From: Eledone cirrhosa
Lineage: Eukaryota
DNA: 64,000 nt
Assembly (NCBI GenBank): GCA_964016885.1
Contig: OZ024740.1
Location: 325,810,001-325,874,000, forward strand
Direction: 5' to 3'
The position numbers and the translations under genes are program-made. Under the pieces are notes generated by a model, which had not been told where the DNA came from, made no database searches, and saw only the letters and a list, made by a program, of their open reading frames with translations. Position 1 is the stretch's first letter; every line of letters starts with the position of its first letter. This document shows positions 21,226 through 33,594 of the stretch, piece by piece.

Positions 21226-23638
21226 AACACTTGATACCTACTGTTAATACTGTAGCATAGCATACACATGCATACACACACACACATATATACATTCATA
21301 TACATACACACACATACACATGCGTACACACACATATATAATATTCATATTCATATACACACACACATACACATACTAGCTTATATTACCCCCCATGGTT
21401 AGGCCCCTAGGCTTTTAGGTGTTTTTGAGGCTCCATCTGTCACTTCAATCTTTCATCCCTACTATAGCTGACAGCCTGACTCTACTACAATATATTTAAT
21501 TTATTCAACAAAATATCAACTAGAAAATTTAACAATAGACATTGAAAATACATTTATTAATTATTATGTATTAATTATTATGTATGAATTATTATGTATT
21601 AATTATTATGTATTAATTATTATCTATTAAAATTATTTACATGATGAATTCATACAGCTATTTACAAAGAAGGTGCTAGTAACTAATACAGCATGAAAAT
21701 ATTGTATATGAATATATATCATAATCATTTAATGCCCATTTCCCCTGTTGTATATACACTGTGTATATATATATATGTATATAAGATAGGTATAAATCGA
21801 AGTTGTAGCCACAGTAAAGCAAATACCAATCAAATTATTTGAGGCAGTCACAAATCACTCAATGGTATGAAAAGTTAATATGTTTTTGTCCAGAGTAAAC
21901 ACAAAGTTAAAGTGTGACACCATGAATATAATGACCACGTGCATGTGACCATAGTTTGTAACCACAACCCACAACTACAATAACTACAAACCGGATATAT
22001 ATATATATCCTGTTTGTATATATATATATATATATAGTATACTTATGAAGGTATAGATATATATATATATATATATAGATATATTGCTATGGCTCAGTGT
22101 AAAGTGCCTTTAACCATTGGATTAATAGATGGGGGATTGTGGAGACATAAGAAATAGATGGAATCGTCTACCCTACTGGTTCCTTAACTCATTTTGCCAT
22201 GGAATCTTTATATAATTTTCCAAAACATTGCACAATTCATATCTATGTTTTACAAACAATATCCACTACCCTAATTTTAGATAGATCATGTTTGGTTGTG
22301 TAAAGTCTACATATACCCAATGTAGGTGTTTTATATTTTGTTGTGGAAACCCCACCTATATTTTATTGACAATCACTGCCTCTTTAATTTTAATAAGACA
22401 TTAAATTAAATAAAAATTAATTTAGACAGGCTTTTTTCATATATATAAATATTTAAAAAAAAGTTTTTTAAAATTTTATTAAATGTCCCATTTTCTTGTA
22501 GAACTCTAGAATTTTTTCATGATGCTTTGGGGTCCCTCAAATCCCACTTTGGGAAAAACTGATCTTAAGGATTATTTTAGTTAGTTGAACTGTTTTGTAA
22601 AACTATTCTAAGTATGTTTTAAAGGCTAATGCTAACTAGTGACTTACACACACACACACTGTTTCAGTGTTTTATGTCTTAGTATACATAGAATGAGCCC
22701 TCAATACATGTGAGCAGAGTATAAGCTTTATTATATGGAGAAGCCAATGCTACCCTTTTCACACACACACACACATGTATATGAGTCTGTGGTGCTGAAA
22801 CCAGGATTTTACATATTTATCTGTATATTAGTGTTTTGTAGCTTAACAGTTATAAATTAATGTATTGTCTCTCATCTCGTGTTCCACTGGACAGCATGTG
22901 GCTTATGTCAAATGCTGTGATCCCGGATGGACCAGCAGTATTGTTGGTAGGGGTCAAAACTGCCTAAGTCCATTTTGGCTGATGACCATGGAGTTCTGGA
23001 AGAAGTATATTAGTTTAATGCTTGAAATAGCAGGAAGAGAGTCTTAACATTTCGTACACTAGTCTTTCATCAGAAGAAAGAGTTAGAAATAGAAAATAAA
23101 TAGAAAGTAAAGAGTGATAATAGGAAGGAACAGGGGAGAAAATGAGAAGTAAAAAAGAGGGAGAAAAAACAGGTGTGTATTCAATCTTAGAGATATATAT
23201 ATATAAATTGAAAATATTTTAGCTTATAAAAGCTGTCATAGCACATGATTAACTATTTAGTTATAAATAAACTCCTGTAGATAGGTAAAAAAGAGGATAG
23301 AGATACTTGCATCCACATTTTCCTGTCTTATGTTATAGTTTATATATTTAAACATGAGTTCTGGCAGCTTTTACAAGCTAGCTTACATTTTCAAAATTTC
23401 AAATTCGTTCTTTGTGTCATAAAATGATTTATCAGTCGTGTGTGTACATACACATACACACACACAATATATACATATATATACACACAATTTTTACGAA
23501 AATCGTTTATATTAACTCAAAGGTCTCTGGCCAACACCTTGTCCACTCAATAAATCTGCTAGATTGCAGTAATGCTACTGGAACCAGTAGTTCAGAGTGC
23601 ACACATTTTAGTTAATAGCAAGTACAGTGGCTGTGTTT

Positions 23639-23820
<182 letters not shown>

Positions 23821-26800
23821 GTTTCATTCATTTGAAACCACTGATTTCAAATGAATAAACACTTGTGCCCTGTAAAAGTCCTTCCAATATGAAATATATA
23901 TGCACATTCTCTGCTAATGTATTGAGTACCTTATTCAAATGTGGTTCCTTTTCATTCCCCTTCAAAAAATCACTCTTAATCTCTCTCTCTCTCTCTCTCT
24001 CACTCACACTTATTTGATTACATAACCATGGATACATGTGTTTTGTATTCTTTGCCCATCATTTGTGTTTATATATATATATACACTGCTTCAAATTGAT
24101 GAGTCTTTAGACTCAGCACTTCTGGGACTTGAACAGAGATACCTTATCATCCATGGTTTGTTTATATGTATATATATATATATATATGTGTGTGTATGTG
24201 GCTGCTAGATCACTTTTTTCTGTCCCTAACGAGTATTTTACTCGATTTCCTAATACTTATCATTAATAGCAGTTCTATGTTTGGATTTCAACGTTTCATG
24301 TATATATCTTTATTTTATATAAAAATTTACTTCTACATGTTTTACGATACCTATACTCTACCAATGTATTAAGTGCCTTTTTTAACTGTGGTCATTTCCT
24401 GATCTCCATTGGGACTCCACTCTAAATTATATATATAATCTTCTTCTTCACCCACTTATTCCTAAGAAGGTCTTGGGGGCAGAGTCCTCAAACATTCCTT
24501 GCAGTGGGTCCTGTCAGAAGCAACCATCTCCAATTCATTTGGCTGGACCCCCAAGCAGGACCAGCTGAGCTCATGGATGTTATCCAACCATCCTACTCAA
24601 AGTCTACCTTTGGGTCTCCTGCTAGTTGGTTTTGCCTGCAAAATCTGTTCAGCGATCCTTACCTGAGACATTCTAATTACAAGGCATATCTATCTATCTA
24701 TATATATATTCACTGCTTCAAATTAATGAGATCTCCACTCTTCAGACTCAGCACTGCTGGGATTTGAACACACATCTAAACACAAACATCAGCCTTTTTA
24801 TAACTAAATGCAATACCTTCTTCAACAAACCAACAATACATTTAACAAAAATAAATAAACCAACTAACCTTATCTATCACATTGCCTGCAGTATTGTGAT
24901 AAACCAACCAACCATATCAGTAGGGAATTATTGGACCATGTGTATGCATTTTATTTTATTTTTTGCTTTTTTTTTCATGAAAAAGATTTTTTTTTAAAAC
25001 ATATATAAAAATATTTTTCAATGAATTATTTTTGAATTCTGAGGAACTTTGAATGTGTCAAATATAAATTTGTCTGAATTTCTGAGATGAGGAATTATCA
25101 TCATTATTATGAGGTTAACTTTGCCTTTCATCCTTACGGGGTCGATAAAATAAAGTACCAGTAATGCACTGGGTAATTGTTGGCCTTGTGCCAAAAGTAG
25201 AAACAATTATTATACTCTGTTATATTTAGACTAGTGTCCTCTCATCTTGCTTGTTATAATCACATTTCAGCTGTTTTACTTAGCAGCCTTCTTAGAGAAA
25301 TTTTCATTATTATACAATGAATTAAGGCAGTGGATTGGCAGTATCGGTAGAGTATCAGACATGTTTGACAGCATTGAGTTATGGTCCTTTACAGTCTGAG
25401 ATCAAATCCTTCTGAAGTGAGCTTTGCCTTTCATCCCTACGGGGTTGGTAAAATAAAGTACCAGTAACACACACTGGCATTGATTAATCGACTTTGCCTT
25501 CCCCTAAAATTGTTGACCTTGTGCTTCAATCAGAAACCAAAATAAAGCACCATTAATGCACTGAGGTCAATTTAATTGACTTTCCCCTCTCCCCCATATT
25601 TGTTGGCCTTGTTTCTAAATCAGAAACCATTATTACACATTGATATATTTATTCAGACTAGTGTCCTCACCTTGCTTGTTATAATCACATCTGAAATATT
25701 GTGATTATAACAACCAAGACAAAGACTCTAGTCTAAATATATCAGTTTATTATAATAATTGTTTCTACTTTTGGCTCAAGGTCAGCAATTACCCAGTACA
25801 TTACTGGTACTTTATTTTATCGACCCCGTAAGGATGAAAGGCAAAGTTAACCTCGACGGGATTTGAACTCAAACCGTGAAGGGATGTAACTATGCTAGCA
25901 TGGCATCCAACCCTCTACTGATACTGCCAATTCACCGTTTATAATAATATTTCCTCTTAAGATGGCTAAAGAGTACATCTGAAATATTGTGACTATAACA
26001 ACCAAGATGAGGACATTGGTTTCAATATATCCATTTATAATAATGTAAAAATATGTTGTTTAAATCGCAATAAATTTATGTATTGATAATATATTAACTT
26101 TATTGAAATGCTAATCAATACAAACTATATGTAACATATATAGATGTGCATATGTTTACATATAAATGTATGGATGTATATAGATGTATATATGTCTGTG
26201 TATGTACATGTGTATATTTATATGTGTATATATATATGTATGTATATATTTATATGTATATCTATATATGTGTATGTATATATACGTGTGTGTATATAAT
26301 TTTTTTCTTTGTACATTTTATTTAGTTTTGTCTCTTAGAACTTTCTTGATATAGTTTGATTTGTATACACTAACACACACACACTCACACATTGCATATA
26401 CACATGTGTTGCTCCTCTGCCAGTTCTGATGACAAGTGTGTTCCAGTTTTTTTTATTAATGGAACAGCTTGTTCATGTAATTAACATGCAAATGGCTGAG
26501 TATTCCACAGACATGTGTACCCTTTATGTAGTTCTCAGGGAAATTCAGCATGACACAATGTGACAAGGTTGACCCTTTGAATTACAAGTATAATTCATCT
26601 TGTATCATAGTACATGTGGTTGAGCATTCTACAGACATGTGCACCCTTAACATAGTTCTCAGGGAGACAATGTGTAACAAAGCTAGTTAGCCATTTGAAT
26701 TACATGTCTAACTCATTTTTGCAATGTGACAAAAAAAAAAAAAAAGATGTTTTGTTCAAGTACATATGCTGCCAGGAATCAAACTCTTTACCACTATGCT

Positions 26801-27729
26801 ACATGTCATAACAAAACACACATATATGCATATACACACATACACATACATGCCTAAGTAGTTTTGTTGACTTTCATGATCACATATAAATGTAATGAAA
26901 AGTATGGATATATTTTTTTTGCTATTTTTATAGAATTTCTTCTCTATTTTGTACATTTTGTTGGAAAAAATTTTTTATAATAAAATAAAGTGTAATATTG
27001 ATTGTTATTGACTTATAAAAACAGTTGTGCTCCAGCATGGCCATAGCCCCAGGGCTGAAACACGTAACCCTAACCCTTTGTATTAGGCTGTTTTCATAAA
27101 GGTTAGTGTTCTCTTGTTCAGTCAGGTAGGAAAGGGCAGTGCCTATGACCCTTTTCAGGCCCTCCAGGACTGGTGAGAGGAATCACTATCATTATTTAAT
27201 GTCTATTCTCTCTAATAACATAAGTTGAAGACGCCGTACTGACCAAGTTGTTATTTAATCAGAGCTACTGACCTTTCAGTTTGGCTGGTGCCACATCTAG
27301 CTTACATACCTTCCTCACACCCTGCAGAGTATCCCGGATGCATTTTCATGGCACCAGCATTTGGGAGGTTGTCATATCTTTGACACAACTGAAGAAAACT
27401 CTTGACCTTTTGTTTGGCAAGTTTTCTATGATTGGATACCCATCTTTATACCAACCACTTTACAGTGACCTGGCCTGAAAGCTTGCAACAGATTTGACTC
27501 TGCTGCAGGAACCCAAAGTCAGGATGTAGTGTTAAGTCTGATGACTGATTAAATCTACCACCCAAGTAAGCCATAGCAGGATTTGAACTCAGAACACAAA
27601 GAACTAAAACAAATTGTGAAAGGCATCTCATCTGACACTCTATCGGTACACTGTCCCTGGGCTGAAACTTTACATTATCATGTGAAAAAGGGTTAAGAGG
27701 ATCCTTCACTCATATAACAACTTGTAGTG

Positions 27730-27892
27730 ACCTACATTCTGCGGACTCACATACATTCTCTGTGCATGATTTGGCTCAGCTCGGCCAATCAGCGCCAGTA
27801 GAAGAGAATGTATCTCTACGCGCCCTGAAGGAAAAATCCCTGCGTTGATTTGAGAAATCTGTCTCTCGCATCCTGACTGTAAAAAGGTAAAC
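27730..27892 (+). promoter_or_regulatory. Putative CCAAT-box promoter and first exon
   Basis: GGCCAATCAG at 27783-27792, local CpG enrichment, AAG|GTAAAC donor-like site at 27887; no other copy seen in the window. Confidence 0.3.
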
Positions 27893-29275
27893 AACTAACT
27901 TTCTTTTGCTGCGAAATCACGAGCCAACATGTAACACAACAACTTAACCACGGCCTGGCAACACTTCAGCCAGTGGACCGTGCCTTCTGAAATCCTTAAT
28001 TCGTTTGTTTTATTACTCTTGGCATGCCTGCTCTACTCAGCTCTACATAACTCAATCTTGTTAATAGATAATGTAAAACAAGCCAAAGTCATTGTCGATG
28101 TTCTTACCACATCTTTCTACAGAACTGGTCACTCATGGCACTACTAACAATAACACATCATAACTGTTAAAAACTCTAGTATTGGTGACAATAAAACATG
28201 CCCAGTTGATGATAGGAAAGGCAGCCAGTTGTAGAAATCTTGCCAAACAAATGATTGAGAGGACTCTTCAGTTGTATGAAAGATATGACAGTCTTCAATG
28301 CTGGTGAATGCTGGTGAGAGGTCTGTAGTTCTGATTAAATACTGACTTGGTTTGTGATAACTTGTCCAACCCATGCGAGCAGGAAAAAGATGTTAAATGA
28401 TGATGAAAGGCAAAGTTGACTATGGTAGGATTTGAACTCAAAATGGAGAGAGCCAGTGCAAGTACTGCAAGGAATTCTATCTGACATAACAATTCTACCA
28501 ATTTGGCACCATGGATTACAGTTTAGCAGTGGTTGTAGAATTATGTGTAAGTGAATTTGTCTATCGAGCTGATATTTTTGGATGCTATGTATGTCTGTCT
28601 ATTTGCCTGTTGTATAAGGTGGAGAATTGATAGTCGTTCTTTATTAAGCTGGTATTTAGAACATAACTAAAATGATGGAAATTTATTAGGCATATATGAA
28701 CACAAAACCTTTTTTTATCTAAACTATAATAAAGCAAGGGCTGCGGGACTGCGTACAGTTTATTTCTTTTAATCCAGTTAGTAAAATAAGTTGGATTACT
28801 TTGAATAAATAATGAATGAATATTACATAATTTATGTGCTAAATTTCGTAAACAAATAATTTCGTAAAAATAAATAATCTAAAATTGACTTCTTTTCAAA
28901 GTTACACTTCCGGTATATTGTTGCCACCACCACCACTTCAACTACCATATAGACAGAAAGAGAGAGTGTGTGATGAGAGAGATAGAGAGATTATGATTTT
29001 CTACACACTGACGCATATGAGTGTGCACATACATCTATATGTATGAGTATACTATAACTATAATTGCGCAAACACAAACTTATAAAAATACACACTCTCG
29101 GACATAATTCACACAAATACACATACTTTCATACACACATTCACATTTACATAAACACACGCATACAGTCATGATAGCGTTCGGTTTAATTGGAAATGGG
29201 AGGGTGAAACAAGTATAACGTTTTATTTATTTATTAACTCTTTATTTATTTATTAACTCATTATTTATTAATTAA

Positions 29276-29760
29276 TCAGTAACGTAATCCATGATACATT
29301 AAAAAAAAATATATCTGCTAGCATGTGTAGTGTGTATATTGATATTATACGCAAGTATATATGCATGTAGATATGATCAAATAAAACCGTAATTGACAAT
29401 ATACACAGAAATTGAACGAAGACTCTGTTACACTGTCTTATGTTATCAGTAACGTAATCCATGATACATTAAAAAAAGACGATATTATATATAAACTGCA
29501 TTAGGAGAAAATTAGTGAGAGAAATATATGTATGTTTATTTAGGCGATGGGTAACCAGAAGTGTTGACATTTGAAAATTTTAAACAAGTGAATCTTTAAA
29601 TAAGTAATAAAATATATTTAATGAACAGCCACGAAATTTAGTAGATAATTATGTAATATTCATTCATTATTTATTCAAAGTAATCCAACTTATTTTACTA
29701 ACGAATAAAAAATTATAAACTGTACACAGTCCCGCGCTTCTTACTTTATTATAGTTTAGA
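29276..29760 (-). mobile_element. Short inverted derivative of the same Helitron family
   Basis: 29631-29760 is the reverse complement of 28718-28848; 29316-29480 is the reverse complement of ~36960-37120. Confidence 0.7.
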
Positions 29761-30142
29761 TTAAGCACTGTTGTACACCCATTGATTAGATATATACAAA
29801 TGTAATAGCATATAAATTATGTCTGATGCGGACACACACACACACAAGCTTCCACTTGTGTACACACACACACACACATATACCACACCACACCACACAC
29901 AAATCGTCTTCCAAAGTTAGTGAAGCTATTATTAATCCTCCCTGGGTGAAGTAACTTACAAATTCTTCGTAATTCATGAAATGCAATAATACATCTAACA
30001 CACACACACACAAATATATCTATTCATACATAGACAGTCCTATACGAGCAGGACAACCAATCTTGCCTCAAGTGGGAAAACTCCCGTCCAAACCCATGCA
30101 AGTGTGGAAGATGGACGTTAAACGATGATGATGATGATGATA

Positions 30143-32370
30143 GGCGAAGTCTGGTGCGCATGCACGAAGGCTGGCCCGAAGTGCGCATGCGCGAAGTCTG
30201 GTCCGTACTGCGCATGCATGAAGGCTGGTCCGCAATGCGCATGCTCGAAGGCTGGTCCCAAGAGCGCATGCATGAAGGCTGGTCCGTACTGCTTATGCAC
30301 TAAGCCTGGTCCATACTGTGCATGCGCGAAGGCTGGTCCGTACTGTGCATGCGTGAAGGCTGGTCCGTACTGCGCATGCGCGAAGGCTGGTCCGTACTGC
30401 ACATGCGCGAAGTCTGGTCAGAAGTGTGTATGTGTGAAGGCTGGTCCGTACTGCACATGCGTGAAGGCTGGTCCGTACTGCACATGCGTGAAGTCTGGTC
30501 AGAAGTGTGCATGCGTGAAGGCTGGTCCATACTGCGCATGCGTGAAGGCTGGTCTGTACTGCACATGCGCAAAGTCTGGTCAGAAGTATGCATGCGTGAA
30601 GGCTGGTCCATACTGCACATGCGCAAAGTCTGGTCAGAAGTATGCATGCGTGAAGGCTGGTCCGTACTGCACATGCGCAAAGTCTGGTCAGAAGTATGCA
30701 TGCGTGAAGGCTGGTCCGTACTGCGCATGCGCGAAGTCTGGTCAGAAGTGTGCATGCGTGAAGGCTGGTCCGTACTGCGCATGCGCGAAGTCTGGTCAGA
30801 AGTGTGCATGCATAAAGGCTGGTCCATACTGCGCATGCGTGAAGTCTGGTCAAAAGTGTGCATGCGTGAAGGCTGGTCCATACTGCACAAGCGCGAAGTC
30901 TGGTCAGAAGTGTGCATGCCTGAAGGCTTATCCGTACTGCGTATGCGTGAAGGCTGGTCCATACTGCACATGCGCGAAGTCTGGTCAGAAGTGTGTATGC
31001 GTGAAGGCTGGTCCATACTGCGCATGCGTGAAGTCTGGTCAGAAGTGTGTATGCGTGAAGGCTGGTCCATACTGTACAAACGCGAAGTCTGGTCAGAAGT
31101 GTGCATGCGTGAAGGCTGGTCCGTACTGCACATGCACGACGTCTGGTCAGAAGTGTGTATGTGTGAAGGCTGGTCCGTACTGCGCATACACGAAGGCTCG
31201 TCCATACTGCGCATGCGCGAAGTCTGGTCAGAAGTGTGCATGCGTGAAGGCTGGTCCGTACTGCACATGCACGAAGTCTGGTCAGAAGTGTGCATGCGTG
31301 AAGGCTGGTCCGTACTGCGCATACACGAAGGCTCGTCCATACTGCACATGCGTGAAGTCTGGTCAGAAGTGTGCATGCGTGAAGGCTGATCCGTACTGCG
31401 CATGCGTGAAGGCTGGTCAAAAGTGTATGCGTGAAGGCTGGTCCATACTGCGCATGCGTGAAGGCTGGTCCATACTGCACATGCGCGAAGTCTGGTCAGA
31501 AGTGTATGTGTGAAAGCTGGTCCGTACTGCACATGAGTGAAGGCTGGTCCGTACTGCACATACGCAAAGTCTGGTCAGAAGTGTGCATGTGTGAAGGCTG
31601 GTCCGTACTCCGCATGCATGAAGGCTGGTCCGTACTGCACATGTGCGAAGTCTGGTCAGAAGTGTGCATGCGTGAAGGCTGGTCTGTCCTGCGCATGCGT
31701 GAAGGCTGGTCCATACTGCACAAGCGCTAAGTCTGGTCAGAAGTGTGCATGCATGAAGGCTGGTCCGTACTGCGCATGCGTGAAGGCTGGTCCGTACTGC
31801 ACATGCGCAAAGTCTGGTCAGAAGTGTGCATGTGTGAAGGCTGGTCCGTACTCCGCATGCATGAAGGCTGGTCCGTACTGCACATGTGCGAAGTCTGGTC
31901 AGAAGTGTGCATGCGTGAAGGCTGGTCTGTCCTGCGCATGCGTGAAGGCTGGTCCATACTGCACAAGCGCTAAGTCTGGTCAGAAGTGTGCATGCATGAA
32001 GGCTGGTCCGTACTGCGCATGCGTGAAGGCTGGTCCGTACTGCACATGTGCGAAGTCTGGTCAGAAGTGTGCATGCGTGAATACTGGTCCGTACTGCGCA
32101 TGCGTGAAGCTGGTCCGTACTACACATGCGCGTAGTCTGGTCAGAAGTGTATGCGTGAAGGCTGGTCTGTACTGCGCATGCGTGAACTGGTCCGTACTGC
32201 ACATGCGCAAAGTCTGGTGAGAAGTGTGAATGCATGAAGGCTGCTTCGTACTGTGCATGCGCGAAGTCTGGTCAGAAGTGTTCATGCGTGAAGGCTGGTC
32301 CGTACTGCACATGTGCGAAGTCTGGTCAGAATGGTGCATGCGTGAAGGCTGGTCCGTACTGCGCATGCAC
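30143..32370. repeat. CpG-rich 27-bp satellite with two monomer types and higher-order structure
   Basis: Monomer A GCGTGAAGGCTGGTCCGTACTGCACAT and monomer B GCGCGAAGTCTGGTCAGAAGTGTGCAT in AB/AAB patterns; rare variants recur at 243-bp spacing (31606/31849, 31681/31924). Confidence 0.95.
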
Positions 32371-32574
32371 TAATATATATATATATATATAGACACACAT
32401 ACATACCGCACACAAATCGTCTTCCAATGTTAGTGAAGCTATTATTAATCCTCCCCGGATGAAGTAACTTGCAAATTCTCCGTAATTCTTGAAATGCAAA
32501 AATACATCTGACGGACACACTCTCTAGAATAGATATATTTGTGTGTGTGTGTGTGTGAGAGAGAGAGGTAGATA

Positions 32575-32880
32575 GACAGGTAGGTTGACAGGTAGATAGA
32601 TAGGTTGATAGATCGATACGTAGATATATAGGTAGGTAGATAGGTTGATAGATCGATACGTAGATATATAGGTAGGTAGATAGGTTGATAGATCGATACG
32701 TAGATATATAGGTAGGTAGATAGGTTGATAGATCGATACGTAGATATATAGGTAGGTAGATAGGTTGATAGATCGATACGTAGATATATAGGTAGGTAGA
32801 TAAGTTGATAGATCGATACGTAGATATATAGGTAGGTAGATAGGTTGATAGATCGATACAGAGATATATAGGTAGGTAGA
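32575..32880. repeat. 40-bp minisatellite
   Basis: About 7 copies of GTAGATATATAGGTAGGTAGATAGGTTGATAGATCGATAC. Confidence 0.9.
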
Positions 32881-33594
32881 AAGATAGACGATAATGTGGT
32901 TATCTGTATATGTGGCTGTGTGTATGTATGTGAAGATGTGGAAATAAGGAAAGGATAATTTACTACAGTACCAATGATTCAATCCACAGGTGTATATTCT
33001 TTTTACCATTGCATAAGTACATAGACTCACACACGTATATATATATATATATCTATGTGTGGTGTGTTTATATATGTGTGTATCTGTGTGTGTGTGTATG
33101 CATAAGTGTTTATGTGTATATATATGTGTTACTGCATCTGTGTATGTGTGCATATGTGTGTGCGTTTATGTCCGTGATTGTAATGTTGAGAGTTTGAATC
33201 CCATCAGTGCGTTGTGGTCTTGAGCAAGACACTTTATTTCGCCTTTCTTCTCTCCACTGAAGTTAAAAAAAGTGTACTCTGCCAGTAAGTCGAAGAACCA
33301 ATGTAGTCCCACCCTGAAACCCTCCGTTATACGTGTCTATGGAATACTCAGACACTCTCACCTTAATTTCAGGCAGTTCCATTTGAGAAACCTAGCTGGA
33401 AGAATCCTCGTCGCAAGCGATAGGATACCATCATACATATGAACACATAGTCACACACACACGTTTCAAAGAGAATAGAAGAGATCAATAAAATAAGTAC
33501 TAGATTTTAAAATATATGTACTGGAATTGAGGTCAAGAAAATCCTTTAATCGCGGTACACCAGCATGGGCACAGTCTAACGTCTGAAACAAGTG

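Noticed and set aside
27065-27077. Telomeric (TAACCC) repeat
   Set aside because: Only two units, at the end of a short retroposon tail
30143-32370. CRISPR-like array
   Set aside because: Units are contiguous with no unique spacers, there are no cas genes, and the context is eukaryotic
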